A stretch of 64,000 nucleotides of DNA from assembly GCA_965603825.1 (NCBI GenBank), contig CBFDEM010000053.1:310001-374000 (forward strand), written 5' to 3'. The DNA is from Blepharisma stoltei ATCC 30299. Lineage: Eukaryota > Protista > Ciliophora. Position numbers and translations under genes: made by a program. The first letter of the stretch is position 1. Each line of letters begins with the position of its first letter. Positions 62,697-64,000 of this stretch are shown here, piece after piece. Below the pieces are notes generated by a model that was given only the letters and a program-made list of their open reading frames with translations, had not been told where the DNA came from and did no database searches.

Positions 62697-64000
62697 ATGC
62701 ACTACAGCATCGATGAATTTTGCCAGCTTTGTCGCCGAAATGAGTATGACCTAATCAATTCTATTCTTGAAGTTCAAAAATCAATAAAAAATCAAAGAGA
62801 CTCCAAGCTCAAGCTTCCCCCTATTTGGCATGCACTTCTGTATGGATTAACGGATATCGTGAAACTTCTATTAGAAAAAGGCGCAGATCCTAATATTCCT
62901 AATGAAATTGGGGAAACACCTCTTCACCATGCAGCTGATAATAATGAATATGAAATCGCTAAATTACTGCTAGAAAATAATGCCAACCCAAATCTTTTTA
63001 CAAATGAAAATGAAACAGCGTTACACCAAGCGACCTTTCGCGGACAAGTAAAAATCGTCGAACTTTTAATGAGTAAAGGTGCAAACCCTAATATTGTCAA
63101 TAATTATGGGAAAACTTCTTTGCATACAGCTGCGGAATATGATCAAATTGAATGCGTGAGGATCTTGCTTAGCTATGGAGCTGACCAATTTATAGTTGAC
63201 CATGAAGGAAGATTACCTATAGATTTATCAAAGAGCTCAACTGTGAGAAACATCATTGAAGGGTTTATCTCTAAAATCAGTTTTGAAGGTGATTTAGCAC
63301 TCTTCAGCATCCCTGAAGGCCGGATAAGTGATGAAGATAGAACTAGCACAATCTACAGCTTTCAAGGAACCCCTAGACTTTCACATTACACTCATTTATC
63401 TATTGACGACTTTAACGAGTCTCCTTTATCAAATAAATCTAATTACAATACAAAAGAAATGCCGACTAGTGATTACAATAGAATTCGTTCTAAAGAAACT
63501 GCATCAAGCTTATATGAAGTTTCTGAAAACCTTGAAGAACATGAAGAAAATTTGTCCATTTTTTCAAATACATTTAAACAATTTTTAGAAAAAATTAAGC
63601 TCGAAGAATATTACCAGGTGTTAATTAAAGCTGGTTTTGATGATTTTGAAAGCTTAGTTAAACAAATGAAAACTCCTTTGCCACTTACCTATGAAATTTT
63701 AGCAAGCAGCGGAATCACCAAGCCAGGCCACATTTTTAGATTCCTAATGATGCTTGATGTAGAAGCAGGAATTACTGATAAAACACTATTTGACCCGAAA
63801 CTTTTATTGCCAAGCTATAGCAGCTCCTTTTCTCTACACTGCGGAGATATGCCGAAAAATAATGAAAAATTAAAAGAATGGCTAATTTCTATAAAGCTAG
63901 AAAATCTGGTAAGCATTTTTGAAGAAAGCGGGTTTGATGACATAGAAATGATGATTTTGCAAATGTTTTCAAGGTATCCTGTTAATGATGATATGATAAA
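62697..64000 (+). CDS. Ankyrin-repeat + tandem SAM-domain protein (3' end outside window)
   Basis: GADPN, GETPLHHAA, GKTSLHTAA ankyrins; FLEKIKLEEYYQVLIKAGFDD...GITKPGH and WLISIKLENLVSIFEESGFDD SAM domains. Confidence 0.9.
   Translation, partial: MHYSIDEFCQLCRRNEYDLINSILEVQKSIKNQRDSKLKLPPIWHALLYGLTDIVKLLLEKGADPNIPNEIGETPLHHAADNNEYEIAKLLLENNANPNLFTNENETALHQATFRGQVKIVELLMSKGANPNIVNNYGKTSLHTAAEYDQIECVRILLSYGADQFIVDHEGRLPIDLSKSSTVRNIIEGFISKISFEGDLALFSIPEGRISDEDRTSTIYSFQGTPRLSHYTHLSIDDFNESPLSNKSNYNTKEMPTSDYNRIRSKETASSLYEVSENLEEHEENLSIFSNTFKQFLEKIKLEEYYQVLIKAGFDDFESLVKQMKTPLPLTYEILASSGITKPGHIFRFLMMLDVEAGITDKTLFDPKLLLPSYSSSFSLHCGDMPKNNEKLKEWLISIKLENLVSIFEESGFDDIEMMILQMFSRYPVNDDMI

Overview
Gene-dense, AT-rich eukaryotic DNA, most consistent with the macronuclear genome of a heterotrich ciliate of the Blepharisma type. 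In-frame TGA falls at conserved Trp positions (UGA=Trp), TAA and TAG are the only stops, and the introns are 15-16 nt (GT..A..AG). The supplied ORF track therefore fragments or misses many genes; coordinates below were re-derived by hand with UGA=Trp and tiny introns. About 1-46.9 kb is a tightly packed housekeeping region: Rab2, CCT protein, COG8, AGC kinase, PEX11, aquaporin, DUF229, RING-CH/FHA, a STRA6-like membrane protein, Ulp1, FHIT, cyclin, a WD40-TRP-like channel, tRNA-Asp, RCC1-kinase, MsrA, OXR1, RPB4, ALKBH6, DYRK, Cu-ATPase and catalase. About 46.9-61.6 kb is a very different, recently duplicated island: a tandem array of coiled-coil + kelch-like propeller genes with variable loops, a TGT...ACA insertion element, an AIG1/GIMAP-like GTPase preceded by an orphan divergent copy of its own C-terminal module, and a B-box-like/coiled-coil-repeat/kelch (TRIM-like) gene. 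This island is the best candidate for an undescribed recognition/defence system, which is an inference. Family assignments are from motif recognition only; no database search was run.
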